From Bacillota bacterium (GTDB lineage: Bacteria > Bacillota > Sulfobacillia > JBFLWA01), in contig JBFLWA010000005.1 in NCBI GenBank assembly GCA_040758135.1, positions 73,102 to 137,101 of the forward strand: DNA of 64,000 nucleotides, read 5' to 3'. Positions within the stretch are counted from its first letter, which is position 1. Each line of letters begins with the position of its first letter. The notes beneath the pieces were generated by a model that searched no databases, was not told the origin of the DNA, and saw only the letters and a list, made by a program, of their open reading frames with translations. The position numbers and the translations under genes are program-made. Positions 1-10,489 of the stretch are shown here, in pieces.

Positions 1-1300
1 TATTGGCGTTGGCAACCGCGATACCATCGCTATCAGCCAGGCTGGCGGTAACCACCACAACGCTGGAATTATCGGCCGCCACTGAACTGAAGTCACTGCT
101 GACCACCGCCTGACTGGCGGTAGGGGTCGAACTCATCACGTCGATGAAGGCACCAGCCAGATCAGGGGCGATGGCTGTTACCCTTATCAGACCAGGCACA
201 TGAGTTGAGGTCAGCTCAACGGTGGCCTGCCCGTTAACGGCATTTGCCTCGATGGTAGATAGAGTGCCCGGACCGATCACCGTGAAAGTAAGCTTGCCGG
301 AGTAAGTAGTATCCATTACGCCATTGGCGTCGGTAGTCTTTACGGTGATGATCGCCTTCGCCTGACCATTAGCATTGAGCGAGCTCCTGTCAGATATAAG
401 CGCGATCCGGCTCGCCCGACCGCCGACGGTAATATCCAGATGACCCGATAATGACCCCAGTTTGGCGGTGACTCGATAAGTCTTAGCCTCAGTCCCGGCG
501 AACTCACCGGACGAGTTGATGATCCCACCGCCATCAACCGACCAGTCCGGGGTGATTGCGATCTTGTTCCCATTGAGATCGTACCCGATGGCCGTCAGCT
601 TGATCTTCTGCCCTATCCCGACGGTCGGTTGCTCAGCCGTGACCAAGATAGCCGCTATCGCCTTAGCAACATGGATAGTCCCGGCCAGGGTCTTACCGTT
701 TACATCCTTGACGTCGAAAACAGCAACCCTGGTCATTAAGGCCAGATCGCCGCGGATGGCCGCGCGACCCTGTGTGAAGTCGGTGTTCGCGGTTAACCCA
801 AGGCTGGTGCCGACCATGATGTGGCCGATGGGCCAGGCCCCGGCAGCCTGTGCTTCCGAGTCCCTGCTAAGAGCCCGGACCAGCATAGTGATGGCTTCCT
901 CATACTTAACCGAATCCCCAGGCCCGAAGCGGCCGTCGGGATACCCCTTGATGATTCCCCGGTTTGAGGCAACATTGATGAAGCCCCAGGCCCAGCGCCA
1001 GGTATCTCCCACATCCGGGAATGAAGGTTTGATATTCTGTACGGTCTGAGCCTCGGCGGTCAACCCAAGAGCCTTAACAACCATAGTCGCGAATTCTGCT
1101 CGCGTAATAAAGCGGTTAGGCTCGAAATACCCTGACGGAGTGCCTGTGACCACCCCTATCCCAAATAAAGAGTCAACCGCATTCTCGTACTTGGTCCCAG
1201 CAACATCCTTCAGCCCGCTGGTAGCCGCCGCCACCGGGATGGTCCCAGCTAGCAGCATCAGGATCAGCGTTAACCCCAATGCGATACGCAATCTACTCAT
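1..1300 (-). CDS. SLH-domain cell-surface (S-layer type) protein with Ig-like (Big_2) repeats; partial, C-terminus runs off the window edge
   Basis: Hand translation of the minus strand from ATG at 1300 gives MSRLRIALGLTLILMLLAGTIPVAAATSG (signal peptide). This is followed by an SLH-like block GLKDVAGTKYENAVDSLFGIGVVTGTPSGYFEPNRFITRAEFATMVVKALGL and later Ig-like repeats (IKLTAIGYDLNGNKIAITPDWSVDGG). The frame stays open to position 1. It is absent from the ORF track because there is no stop codon inside the window; the plus-strand ORF 516..1049 is antisense to it. Confidence 0.6.
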   Translation of the reverse strand, partial: MSRLRIALGLTLILMLLAGTIPVAAATSGLKDVAGTKYENAVDSLFGIGVVTGTPSGYFEPNRFITRAEFATMVVKALGLTAEAQTVQNIKPSFPDVGDTWRWAWGFINVASNRGIIKGYPDGRFGPGDSVKYEEAITMLVRALSRDSEAQAAGAWPIGHIMVGTSLGLTANTDFTQGRAAIRGDLALMTRVAVFDVKDVNGKTLAGTIHVAKAIAAILVTAEQPTVGIGQKIKLTAIGYDLNGNKIAITPDWSVDGGGIINSSGEFAGTEAKTYRVTAKLGSLSGHLDITVGGRASRIALISDRSSLNANGQAKAIITVKTTDANGVMDTTYSGKLTFTVIGPGTLSTIEANAVNGQATVELTSTHVPGLIRVTAIAPDLAGAFIDVMSSTPTASQAVVSSDFSSVAADNSSVVVVTASLADSDGIAVANAN

Positions 1301-1330
1301 CTCTGGGCGTCCTCCTTCACAGGCCAAAAC

Positions 1331-1993
1331 CTACCGGGTGCGGGCATCCGGCCCAGGCATAGCACTACCCGTCTGGTCCTGGCAACTTATCCCTGATCCT
1401 AAAGATTCAATAGCTAACTCAATTCCCCTCTCGATCAACTCCTGGCTCATGCTAGCCAGCATTGGCTTCCCCACCGCCTGCTCCGGCAGGGCCGGCAGGT
1501 GGATGAAGGTCCCCCGCAGGTTAAGCCCCTGGATAGCAGCGGCATGCAGCACCCCATACATCAGGCAGTTACACAGGTAGGTACCCGCTGTGTTAGAGAT
1601 AGAGGCCGGAACCCCTCCCTCCTTCATCGCCCGGACCATCTCGACAATGGGGACAGTAGCCATATAGGCCGCGGGTCCGCCCTCGACTACCGGGTGCTCA
1701 TCCCGTTCAACCCCTAGGTTGTCCTTCCCGTTCTGGACATTGATGGCTACTCTCTCAACCGTGATCCCGGCCCGGCCGGCGGCCTGGCCGAGCATAAGTA
1801 TGATTTCAGGTTTGGCCTCATCAATGGCTTCCAGGCACTTGGGGACAGCTTCCTCCCAGGCCACGGGCAGGGTAACCCCCACCACGTCACAGCCACCGAT
1901 TTTGCGGCGGTGCAGGGCCTTAGCCGCCTCGCCGGAAGGGTTGATCTGCTCACCGCCAAAGGGTTCGAAACCGGTTACCAGTACCTTAACCAT
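1331..1993 (-). CDS. pcp: pyrrolidone-carboxylate (pyroglutamyl) peptidase I
   Basis: 220 aa. N-terminus MVKVLVTGFEPFGGEQINPSGEA is typical of Pcp; a catalytic Cys-containing motif (YLCNCLMY) is present. Confidence 0.85.
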   Translation of the reverse strand: MVKVLVTGFEPFGGEQINPSGEAAKALHRRKIGGCDVVGVTLPVAWEEAVPKCLEAIDEAKPEIILMLGQAAGRAGITVERVAINVQNGKDNLGVERDEHPVVEGGPAAYMATVPIVEMVRAMKEGGVPASISNTAGTYLCNCLMYGVLHAAAIQGLNLRGTFIHLPALPEQAVGKPMLASMSQELIERGIELAIESLGSGISCQDQTGSAMPGPDARTR

Positions 1994-2101
1994 GAGTGCA
2001 ACACCTCGCGCGCAGATGATAGACGTTGGCGGCCCGCGCCATGTTCCAGTCTTTCATAGTCCTTCGCAGCTGGAAACGGATTTGGTGAGGTCGCCCGGTC
2101 G

Positions 2102-3025
2102 TCAGATGATGGTTAGTTTGTTCTCCTCCACCACCACTGCCCGTCCCCCCGCCCTGACCGCGGTGATCTTTCCCGGGGCCCCGTCTACCTCCACCGTGAT
2201 CCGGCTGGGCCTGCCCATCGCATCACCCTGCTCGGAAACGAAACGGGTGGTAGGCGGGGTCGCCTTAATCAGCCGGTTCTCCACCAGGTAGGCGCCGAGA
2301 GCGCCATTGGCAGTGCCGGTGGCCGACTCCTCCGGGATCCCCACCGCCGGGGCAAAATCGCGACAGTTCACCGCGTGGCCCTTCTCCACCGGATCCAAGG
2401 CGAAAGCGTGGATGCTCACCAGGTTATGCCTGCGGCAGTATTCACCCAGGGCTTCCTGGTCGGGCCGCAGCGCGTAGAGCTTCGGGCGGTTTACCACCGG
2501 CAGCAGCAGGTCGGGCACGCCGGTGGAGACCGCCTGCACTGGCGCGCCAGGCACCTTGAACCAAAACGGTTCGGCGCCCAGGAGCCGGGCCAGCTCGGCC
2601 AGGCCGGCCGCACTGTCGAGAGTCCGGAGGAAGCGGGGCCTGGTCTGGACCATCATCACCCGATCGACTTGTTTGCCCTGCCAGTGGATAATTACCGGCA
2701 GCTTCCCGGCATTGGTCTCCTGTAACACCTGGGTCTTGAGGCCGGTGACCGGGACCATCCCCCGGGCAGCCATGGTAAAAAAGGTAGCTATGGTGGCATG
2801 GCCGCACAGGTCGATTTCGCAGACCGGGGTGAAAAAGCGCACCCGGTAGTCGGCGCCGCCCGGACTGCGGGTAACGAAGGCCGTCTCCGACATCCCCAGC
2901 TGCGCGGCAATCACCTGCATGGCAGCCGCGGGCAACCCCTCAGCCTCTAGTACAACCCCGGCCGGATTGCCTCCCCCGGGGCGGTCTGTGAAAGCATTGA
3001 CCCGGAAATAGGGAATCTCCCTCAT
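2102..3025 (-). CDS. PhzF-family (phenazine biosynthesis-like) isomerase
   Basis: 307 aa. N-terminus MREIPYFRVNAFTDRPGGGNPAGVVLEAEG matches the PhzF/DAP-epimerase-like fold family. Confidence 0.75.
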   Translation of the reverse strand: MREIPYFRVNAFTDRPGGGNPAGVVLEAEGLPAAAMQVIAAQLGMSETAFVTRSPGGADYRVRFFTPVCEIDLCGHATIATFFTMAARGMVPVTGLKTQVLQETNAGKLPVIIHWQGKQVDRVMMVQTRPRFLRTLDSAAGLAELARLLGAEPFWFKVPGAPVQAVSTGVPDLLLPVVNRPKLYALRPDQEALGEYCRRHNLVSIHAFALDPVEKGHAVNCRDFAPAVGIPEESATGTANGALGAYLVENRLIKATPPTTRFVSEQGDAMGRPSRITVEVDGAPGKITAVRAGGRAVVVEENKLTII

Positions 3026-3327
3026 CGAACTCCTCCTCCTCCTCGGGCGTGGGTTAATAGGTATGGTGCCTGGCCACTCCCTATGACAGGGGGCCTACGC
3101 CAGGAGAAAAGGGGAAATCCAGCCATTTTTCTTTCGCCCCGCTGGCCATTGCCTCCTTCCCCATAATGCCCCGCTACCGGGAGAATACTGTTAAGCATTC
3201 TGTTAAGGGGTTACTGGCCCAGGAAATAGCTGAGCCGCTGTTGGCACCACCAATCTCCTTGTGTCCGGACGGCGATGGGTGGGCAATACTATCTTCAGTT
3301 CTATCAAAAACATGGAGGTGTTCCAAC

Positions 3328-3525
3328 TTGAGTATTGGTGATCCATTTGTGGCCAACATCCCGCGCAAGATGACAACCGAAGAACTACTCAACGCGCTTC
3401 GGGTAGACATCCACGGCGGACTAGAGGCAATCGTGGTCTATGACGCTCATATCCTCGGCCCACAGGAGGAGCAGCACTTCCCAAAAGGGGTTCAGAATGT
3501 TCAGCAGGTCTTGGGGGGGCAATAG
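3328..3525 (+). CDS. small hypothetical protein (65 aa), TTG start
   Basis: GGAGGTG RBS lies 7 nt upstream of TTG at 3328. Translation MSIGDPFVANIPRKMTTEELLNALRVDIHGGLEAIVVYDAHILGPQEEQ... The stop abuts the next gene (TAG at 3523-3525, then ATG at 3526). Function not recognised. Confidence 0.3.
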   Translation: MSIGDPFVANIPRKMTTEELLNALRVDIHGGLEAIVVYDAHILGPQEEQHFPKGVQNVQQVLGGQ

Positions 3526-3765
3526 ATGAAGCAACTGGGAATCATGGGTATCCGGGTAAAGGGGCGTGACAAGCACGCTCCTGAAGTACAGGAGGTACTG
3601 ACCAGGCACGGGGAGATCATCACGACCCGCACCGGATTCCACGGCGACGGTGGCGACCAGGGTCTGATCAGCCTGACCCTTCAGGGTGATTTCCACGAGT
3701 TCATGCAGTTAGAGAAGGATCTGACCGGCATTAACGGGGTTGAGGTCCAGTATCTGAAGTTCTGA
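3526..3765 (+). CDS. small NikR-C-terminal/ACT-like regulatory protein (resembles the TM1266-type 'iron-only hydrogenase system regulator' family)
   Basis: 79 aa: MKQLGIMGIRVKGRDKHAPEVQEVLTRHGEIITTRTGFHGDGGDQGLISLTLQGDFHEFMQLEKDLTGINGVEVQYLKF. The pattern (LGIxGI..., GLISL, GV.V) matches small ACT/NikR-C-like proteins. The assignment is from memory, not from a search. Confidence 0.35.
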   Translation: MKQLGIMGIRVKGRDKHAPEVQEVLTRHGEIITTRTGFHGDGGDQGLISLTLQGDFHEFMQLEKDLTGINGVEVQYLKF

Positions 3766-3909
3766 AGCGCGGAAAAGGCGGGAGGGCATTGATGCTCTCT
3801 CGCCTTGCCTTGTCTCCGTACCTCAGCGGATCTGACGGCAGCTAGCCGCCAGTTTCGGATATCATGGGCAGCGGCCCCCTTCAGGGACCGCTGCCCGGAC
3901 TTCCTTCCC

Positions 3910-5316
3910 CTACTGCACTGGATAGCTCACTACGCCATCCCGCTTCCGGTTCTCGTCGACCATGGCCAAGTCGGTCTTAATCCTGCCGGCCATCCGCTCC
4001 TGCAGGAACTTCTCGGCCTGCTGCGGGAAGAGCGCGTAGGAGACCACATCCTCCTCAGTCTCCATGTACTCGGCAACGCCCCGCTTGGCCTCCTCCATCC
4101 CTGGCCCGATCAGGTCGGCCGGCCGGAAGGTGATCGGCTCCTCGTCGCCGATAATCTGCCGGCGGATCTCCTCATTGACCTTCCCCGGTGGGCGGCCGTA
4201 GTAGCCCTTGAGGTACTGCTTGATCTCGTTGGTGACCATCTTGTAGCGGCCTCCGGCCAGGACATTCAGCGAGGCCTGGGCGCCCACCATCTGGCTGGAC
4301 GGAGTGACCAGTGGCGGGAAGCCGAGGTCCTCACGCACCCGCGGCACTTCGGCCAACACGTCATCCAGTTTATCCAGCGCGTTCTGCTGCTTCAGCTGGG
4401 TGACGAAGTTGGAGAGCATGCCGCCGGGGATCTGGTAGATCAGGACGTTGGTATCAATGGTCGTACCGACATCAAACGGAGCGTACTTCTGCCGCACTCC
4501 CTTGAAGTACTGGGCGACCTCCGACAGCTGCTTAAGATCGAGCCGGGTATCGTACTCGGTGCCCTCCAGGGCGGCCACTATGGTCTCGGTGGGCGGCTGG
4601 GAAGTGCCCAGAGCCAGGGAGCTGATGGCAGTATCAACGATATCGGCCCCAGCTTCGATAGCCTTCAGGTAGGCCATGGAGGCTAGGCCGCTGGTGTAGT
4701 GGCAGTGTAGCTGCAGCGGTAGGTCAACGGCGGCCTTCATTTCGGAAATAATCTCGTAGGCGGCCCTGGGCGAAAGGATACCGGCCATATCCTTCAGGCA
4801 GAGCGAATCCGCCCCCAGACCGGCCAATATCTTCGCAGTCTCTACATAGTGCTTCACATCGTGCACCGGGCTGATGGTGTAGACCACGGTGGCCTGCACA
4901 TGCCCGCCCTCGCGCTTGGTGATCTCAATGGCCTTCTCCATGTTGCGGACATCGTTCAGTGCATCGAAGATGCGCATGATGTCAATACCGTTCTTAATGG
5001 CCAGGCGGACAAAGGCCTCGACCACATCATCAGCGTAGTGTTTGTAACCGACCAGGTTCTGTCCGCGCAGGAGCATTTGGAGCTTGGTGTTCTTGAAGGC
5101 CGCTCGCAGCTGGCGCAGCCGTTCCCACGGGTCTTCGTTGAGGAAACGCAGGCAGGTGTCGAAGGTCGCCCCGCCCCAGACCTCCAGTGAATGGAACCCG
5201 ACCTTGTCCATCTTCTCGGCGATGGGCAACATGTCTTCAGTTTTCATCCGGGTGGCCAGGAGTGATTGGTGGCTGTCGCGCAGGGTAGTGTCGGTGATCT
5301 TCACTTGCCTGTTCAA
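3910..5316 (-). CDS. carboxyltransferase subunit (oxaloacetate decarboxylase alpha / pyruvate carboxylase subunit B-like), lacking a C-terminal biotinyl domain
   Basis: 468 aa. N-terminus MNRQVKITDTTLRDSHQSLLATRMKTEDMLPIAEKMDKVGFHSLEVWGGATFD is the canonical TIM-barrel carboxyltransferase domain. No AMKM biotin-attachment motif at the C-terminus. Confidence 0.75.
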   Translation of the reverse strand: MNRQVKITDTTLRDSHQSLLATRMKTEDMLPIAEKMDKVGFHSLEVWGGATFDTCLRFLNEDPWERLRQLRAAFKNTKLQMLLRGQNLVGYKHYADDVVEAFVRLAIKNGIDIMRIFDALNDVRNMEKAIEITKREGGHVQATVVYTISPVHDVKHYVETAKILAGLGADSLCLKDMAGILSPRAAYEIISEMKAAVDLPLQLHCHYTSGLASMAYLKAIEAGADIVDTAISSLALGTSQPPTETIVAALEGTEYDTRLDLKQLSEVAQYFKGVRQKYAPFDVGTTIDTNVLIYQIPGGMLSNFVTQLKQQNALDKLDDVLAEVPRVREDLGFPPLVTPSSQMVGAQASLNVLAGGRYKMVTNEIKQYLKGYYGRPPGKVNEEIRRQIIGDEEPITFRPADLIGPGMEEAKRGVAEYMETEEDVVSYALFPQQAEKFLQERMAGRIKTDLAMVDENRKRDGVVSYPVQ

Positions 5317-5367
5317 TGTGACCTCATCTCCCTCTGTTTTGCCTTGGAATTCCTTATTGCTGCGACC

Positions 5368-5982
5368 TCAACCAATGAAGAGGTCGAGAAAAGCCAGAGT
5401 CCCCGAAACCCACATGATAAGCCCCAGAGCCAGGACCGCCGCTAACACCGGTAGGGCTACGGCCAGGGCAGCCCGCTGGGTTGGCAGCCCCTCGGCCTCG
5501 TGGACCGACAGGACCTGGAGCCCCAGAGTCCACAGAACCAGCAGCACCCGCACTCCCAGCCAGGCTGAGGCCAGGGGGGTCAGGTTAATAAAGGAAAGCG
5601 CCGGCCGCAGTAGCTGTGGCGCCGAAGCCAGGGCCAAACCACTGAGCAGGCTGCCCACGCTCCCGCGACCCCCTAAGAGGCCGGCTGTGGCATGCACCAC
5701 CGCCCCCCAGAGCAGCCAGCCGGCCAAGGCCAGCGCCAACCGGATAACTACCAGTGTCGACGGGTTGGCCAAGACAGGGCCGATCGGGGTCATCAGCCCG
5801 GCAATGGCCGCCGGAAGAGCCCCGGCTGCGGTACTGACAACCAGCACCGCCCCAGCCAGCCACAGTGGCCGCTCTGCAGCGGCCCTCCGGAGCGTCTCGC
5901 GCGGGGCACTAAGCGTGCCGCCGATGAGCTCCAGAATACCCATGGGCTGTGGCGGGATCTCTACGGTTTCAGGCCGTTCCAT
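5368..5982 (-). CDS. polytopic membrane protein (Yip1-like)
   Basis: 204 aa, highly hydrophobic with multiple predicted TM segments. Overlaps the sppA start by ~20 nt. Confidence 0.35.
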   Translation of the reverse strand: MERPETVEIPPQPMGILELIGGTLSAPRETLRRAAAERPLWLAGAVLVVSTAAGALPAAIAGLMTPIGPVLANPSTLVVIRLALALAGWLLWGAVVHATAGLLGGRGSVGSLLSGLALASAPQLLRPALSFINLTPLASAWLGVRVLLVLWTLGLQVLSVHEAEGLPTQRAALAVALPVLAAVLALGLIMWVSGTLAFLDLFIG

Positions 5983-6875
5983 ACCGCGCCACCCCCGAAG
6001 CTGCCCAAGAGAATGCGATCCAGCTTAGTAAACAGGCGGTAGAGCAAGATCTCCCAGTTGGAGAGCTCGCCATACCGTTGGGTGCGGTAGCGGTCCTGGA
6101 TCCCGGCCATCTGGGCAGCGATACCGATCGCGTCATAGATGCTGCCAAACTGGTCGATGAGCCCGGCCTCCAGCGCCTGGCGCCCGGTCATAATCCGGCC
6201 GTCGGCCACTGCCTCCACCTGGGCCCGGGTCAGGTTGCGGCCTTCCATGATGGCATCAATGAACTGGTTGTAGATATCGTTGACCATGGCCTGAAGGAGG
6301 TCACGCTCTGTATCCGTCATGGGCCGGTTGGGATTGCCGATATCCTTCAGGGGGCCGCTCTTGATCATCTCGAAGTCAATCCCCAGCTTGCCGTAGAGCC
6401 CCTGGAGGTTCTGGATCTCCATAAAGACCCCGATGGAGCCAGTCATGGTGGCTGGGTTGGCTACTATATAATCGGTGACGGCCGCCACCCAATACCCGCC
6501 CGAGGCGGCCATATCGCCCATGGAGGCCACCACTATTTTGCCGGCCGACCGCAGGCGCTTGATCTGGTTGCCGATCTCCTGGGCCGCGGCGGCGCTACCA
6601 CCGGGGCTGTTCAGCCGGATGACCACGGCGGCGATGTTATCATCCCAGAGTGCCTCTTCCAGATAGTGCAGGATAATGTCACTGCCCGAAGCCGAGTCAA
6701 ACAGCCCCGAGTAGCCTTGGCCACCGGCGATTACGCCCTCAATGTCGATAATGCCGATGGTCCGGCCCCGGGGACCGTTCTGCAGCTCAGGGAGAACCAG
6801 GCTGGCCGCGATGGCGGCAACGATGGCCACCAGCAGAACGATTCCCCCGAGAGTCTTCTTCCGCAAGGCATTCAC
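5961..6875 (-). CDS. sppA: signal peptide peptidase SppA (36K type)
   Basis: 304 aa. N-terminal TM segment, ClpP/crotonase-like S49 motifs (GGYWVAAVTDYIVANPATMTGSIGV). Confidence 0.8.
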   Translation of the reverse strand: MNALRKKTLGGIVLLVAIVAAIAASLVLPELQNGPRGRTIGIIDIEGVIAGGQGYSGLFDSASGSDIILHYLEEALWDDNIAAVVIRLNSPGGSAAAAQEIGNQIKRLRSAGKIVVASMGDMAASGGYWVAAVTDYIVANPATMTGSIGVFMEIQNLQGLYGKLGIDFEMIKSGPLKDIGNPNRPMTDTERDLLQAMVNDIYNQFIDAIMEGRNLTRAQVEAVADGRIMTGRQALEAGLIDQFGSIYDAIGIAAQMAGIQDRYRTQRYGELSNWEILLYRLFTKLDRILLGSFGGGAVWNGLKP

Positions 6876-6942
6876 CTCTCCGGTTTCTCTCTAATCGCCT
6901 TCAGCATATAGCATATAACTAACGGCGTCTAGAAAAAACGCG

Positions 6943-6976
6943 AAAAAAGAGGGCCGTTGCCAGCCCTTTTTCTTCC
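6943..6976. terminator. bidirectional stem-loop terminator between alr and sppA
   Basis: AGAGGGCCGTTGCCAGCCCT hairpin (6948..6967) flanked by an A-run on one side and TTTTTCTT on the other. Confidence 0.5.
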
Positions 6977-6987
6977 TATGTTGATCC

Positions 6988-8190
6988 TCACTCGGAGACC
7001 TGCACCGTCCCGTTCTCGCTGAGTTCCCGGGTGCCCTGACGGCTGACTACCCGGCCCTCGGCGACAAAAACCTTGGGCAACCGGGCACTGACCGCAATGC
7101 GCCGGGCCTCGATGGTCACCGGTGTCCCGGCCTCAACCTCCGGCAGGTAGGTCACATCTACCAGCGTCTGCTGCATGGTAATCCGGCCCACCACCGGCAG
7201 TTCGCCGTACTCCGACCAGATCAGTCCCCGGGTGGGGGAGAATCTGCCGGCCGGCATTCCCAGCCAGTTAGCCAGACAGGCCACCATTACCTTAACCATG
7301 TAAACGAAGCGCAGAGTCCGGCTAACCGGCTCCATCCCCACCCCATCACTGTAGCCGACCGGAAGGACCGCTATTCGCATGTCGCGCCTGGCCCGGAAAA
7401 TGGGTCCGTAAGAGACTCCCTCGCCCGCCTTCACTTCGGTGATGCTCACTACCTTGCTCTTCAGCTTCCACGGGTCGAGGAGCGGAAGCTTGGTTTCGAC
7501 TCCGGCCCGCCCGTAAAGCAGGTTCCCGATGCGCACCATATCTAGCCTCGACTCAGGAAGCAGGATCGCCGCTTCGCTGTTGGCCGCATGCTTGATAGGG
7601 ATAGCGATCCCCTCAGAAGCCAGTTCAGCCACGAGATCCATGAAGATGGTGAGTTGCCGCCTGGTCAGTTTCAGGTTGCCGGCAGTGGCCGCAGAAAAGT
7701 GGGTGAAAATCCCCTCCACCTCGATGCTATCCAGCTCACGCACGGTCTCCAGGAACTCGGGCACTGCCGTGGGGCGGAGGCCGAACCGGTTCAGCCCAGT
7801 GTTTACCTCAATATGAACCTTCACCTTGTCCCGAGAACGGCGGGCAGCCCAGTTCAGTGCCTGGACTACCTCCAGTTGCCAGACGGCTACAGTGACCCCG
7901 GCCTCTGCCGCCAGTTCGGCCTCCTCGGGCAGAATGCTCCCTAAGACCATGATCGGAGCCGTGATACCCGCGTTCCTCAGCTCAATGGCCTCCATCAGGT
8001 TGGTTACACCCAGGTCGGTGGCGCCATTGTCCAGAGCCACTCTGGCCACCAGCACAGCGCCATGGCCATAGGCATCACCCTTGACCACAGCCATGAAGCG
8101 CCGGTGCTCACCAATGAGCTTCCGTACTTCCCGCACATTATGGCCGATCGCGTCCAGGTTGATCTCAACGAAACTCGGGCCCAGATACAT
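6988..8190 (-). CDS. alr: alanine racemase
   Basis: N-terminus MYLGPSFVEINLDAIGHNVREV...AVVKGDAYGHG contains the PLP-lysine motif. C-terminal VGRITMQQTLVDVT matches the Alr C-domain. There is a ~30 aa insertion relative to typical Alr. Confidence 0.8.
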   Translation of the reverse strand: MYLGPSFVEINLDAIGHNVREVRKLIGEHRRFMAVVKGDAYGHGAVLVARVALDNGATDLGVTNLMEAIELRNAGITAPIMVLGSILPEEAELAAEAGVTVAVWQLEVVQALNWAARRSRDKVKVHIEVNTGLNRFGLRPTAVPEFLETVRELDSIEVEGIFTHFSAATAGNLKLTRRQLTIFMDLVAELASEGIAIPIKHAANSEAAILLPESRLDMVRIGNLLYGRAGVETKLPLLDPWKLKSKVVSITEVKAGEGVSYGPIFRARRDMRIAVLPVGYSDGVGMEPVSRTLRFVYMVKVMVACLANWLGMPAGRFSPTRGLIWSEYGELPVVGRITMQQTLVDVTYLPEVEAGTPVTIEARRIAVSARLPKVFVAEGRVVSRQGTRELSENGTVQVSE

Positions 8191-8221
8191 ACGCCACCTC
8201 CTCTGTGCGCGTCCGCTCCCC

Positions 8222-9880
<1,659 letters not shown>

Positions 9881-9924
9881 TTATCCTTTCCTTGAAGGGT
9901 TTCGGGGCAAACATTGGTGGTGAC

Positions 9925-10374
9925 TTACCGGGCCTCGGGCTCCCAGTCCTCGTCGCCCTCGTCGATCTCCGGGTCCGACTCGGCCGGCTCCTCAAGTTCG
10001 TCAATATCCACCTCTTCATCGTCATCGTCTTCGTCCTCATCCTGGCGTCCGGCGTCATATAGGAGATCCTCTTCCGGCTCCAGGACAGGCCGCAGCTTAA
10101 CCGGCTGTGGCCGGCGGGTTGGCGTCGTCTTGCGCGGCATCGTCCGGGGCGCCCAGTTGGCCAGGCCCCAGAAACCCCCGCCGCTATGGACAAAGCGTAC
10201 ATCGAGGTTCATCTCGGTGTAGATTGCCGCCAGTTCACCGGGGGGAAGCTCTCCGTCACCGGCTGGCGAAGCCGCCTGCAGCAGGAGCTCGCGATAGTGC
10301 AAAGGGGCGCCTCGCTGGAGGAGGATCTCATGAGCCCTATCCAGGATGGTTCGGCGCTGTGCGCTACCCGGCAT
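9925..10374 (-). CDS. rpoE: DNA-directed RNA polymerase delta subunit
   Basis: 149 aa. N-terminal HARE-HTH region with the AAIYTEMNLDVRFVHSGGGFWGLANWAP block (compare B. subtilis RpoE [29 protein letters not shown]). Poly-acidic D/E C-terminal tail. Conserved rpoE-pyrG synteny. Confidence 0.75.
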   Translation of the reverse strand: MPGSAQRRTILDRAHEILLQRGAPLHYRELLLQAASPAGDGELPPGELAAIYTEMNLDVRFVHSGGGFWGLANWAPRTMPRKTTPTRRPQPVKLRPVLEPEEDLLYDAGRQDEDEDDDDEEVDIDELEEPAESDPEIDEGDEDWEPEAR

Positions 10375-10489
10375 GGTATCAACCCTTTCTCGGAATTTGG
10401 AATAGTATATATTCGCTCACCTGCAAGATTTCCCTTCCGGAGCGAACCGCCAGCCGCGGGCGTTAGTATCGCGGCCGCCGGGGAGAGAA

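Noticed and set aside
516-1049. 177-aa plus-strand ORF (and the 340..573 and 793..1014 minus-strand ORFs) at the window start
   Set aside because: They are antisense or out-of-frame relative to the long continuous SLH-protein frame on the minus strand. They have no RBS or recognisable similarity; the high GC content produces long spurious ORFs.
3805-4686. 293-aa plus-strand ORF
   Set aside because: Entirely antisense to the well-supported carboxyltransferase gene (3910..5316). Low-complexity translation rich in Leu/Gly/Arg, typical of GC-rich antisense frames.
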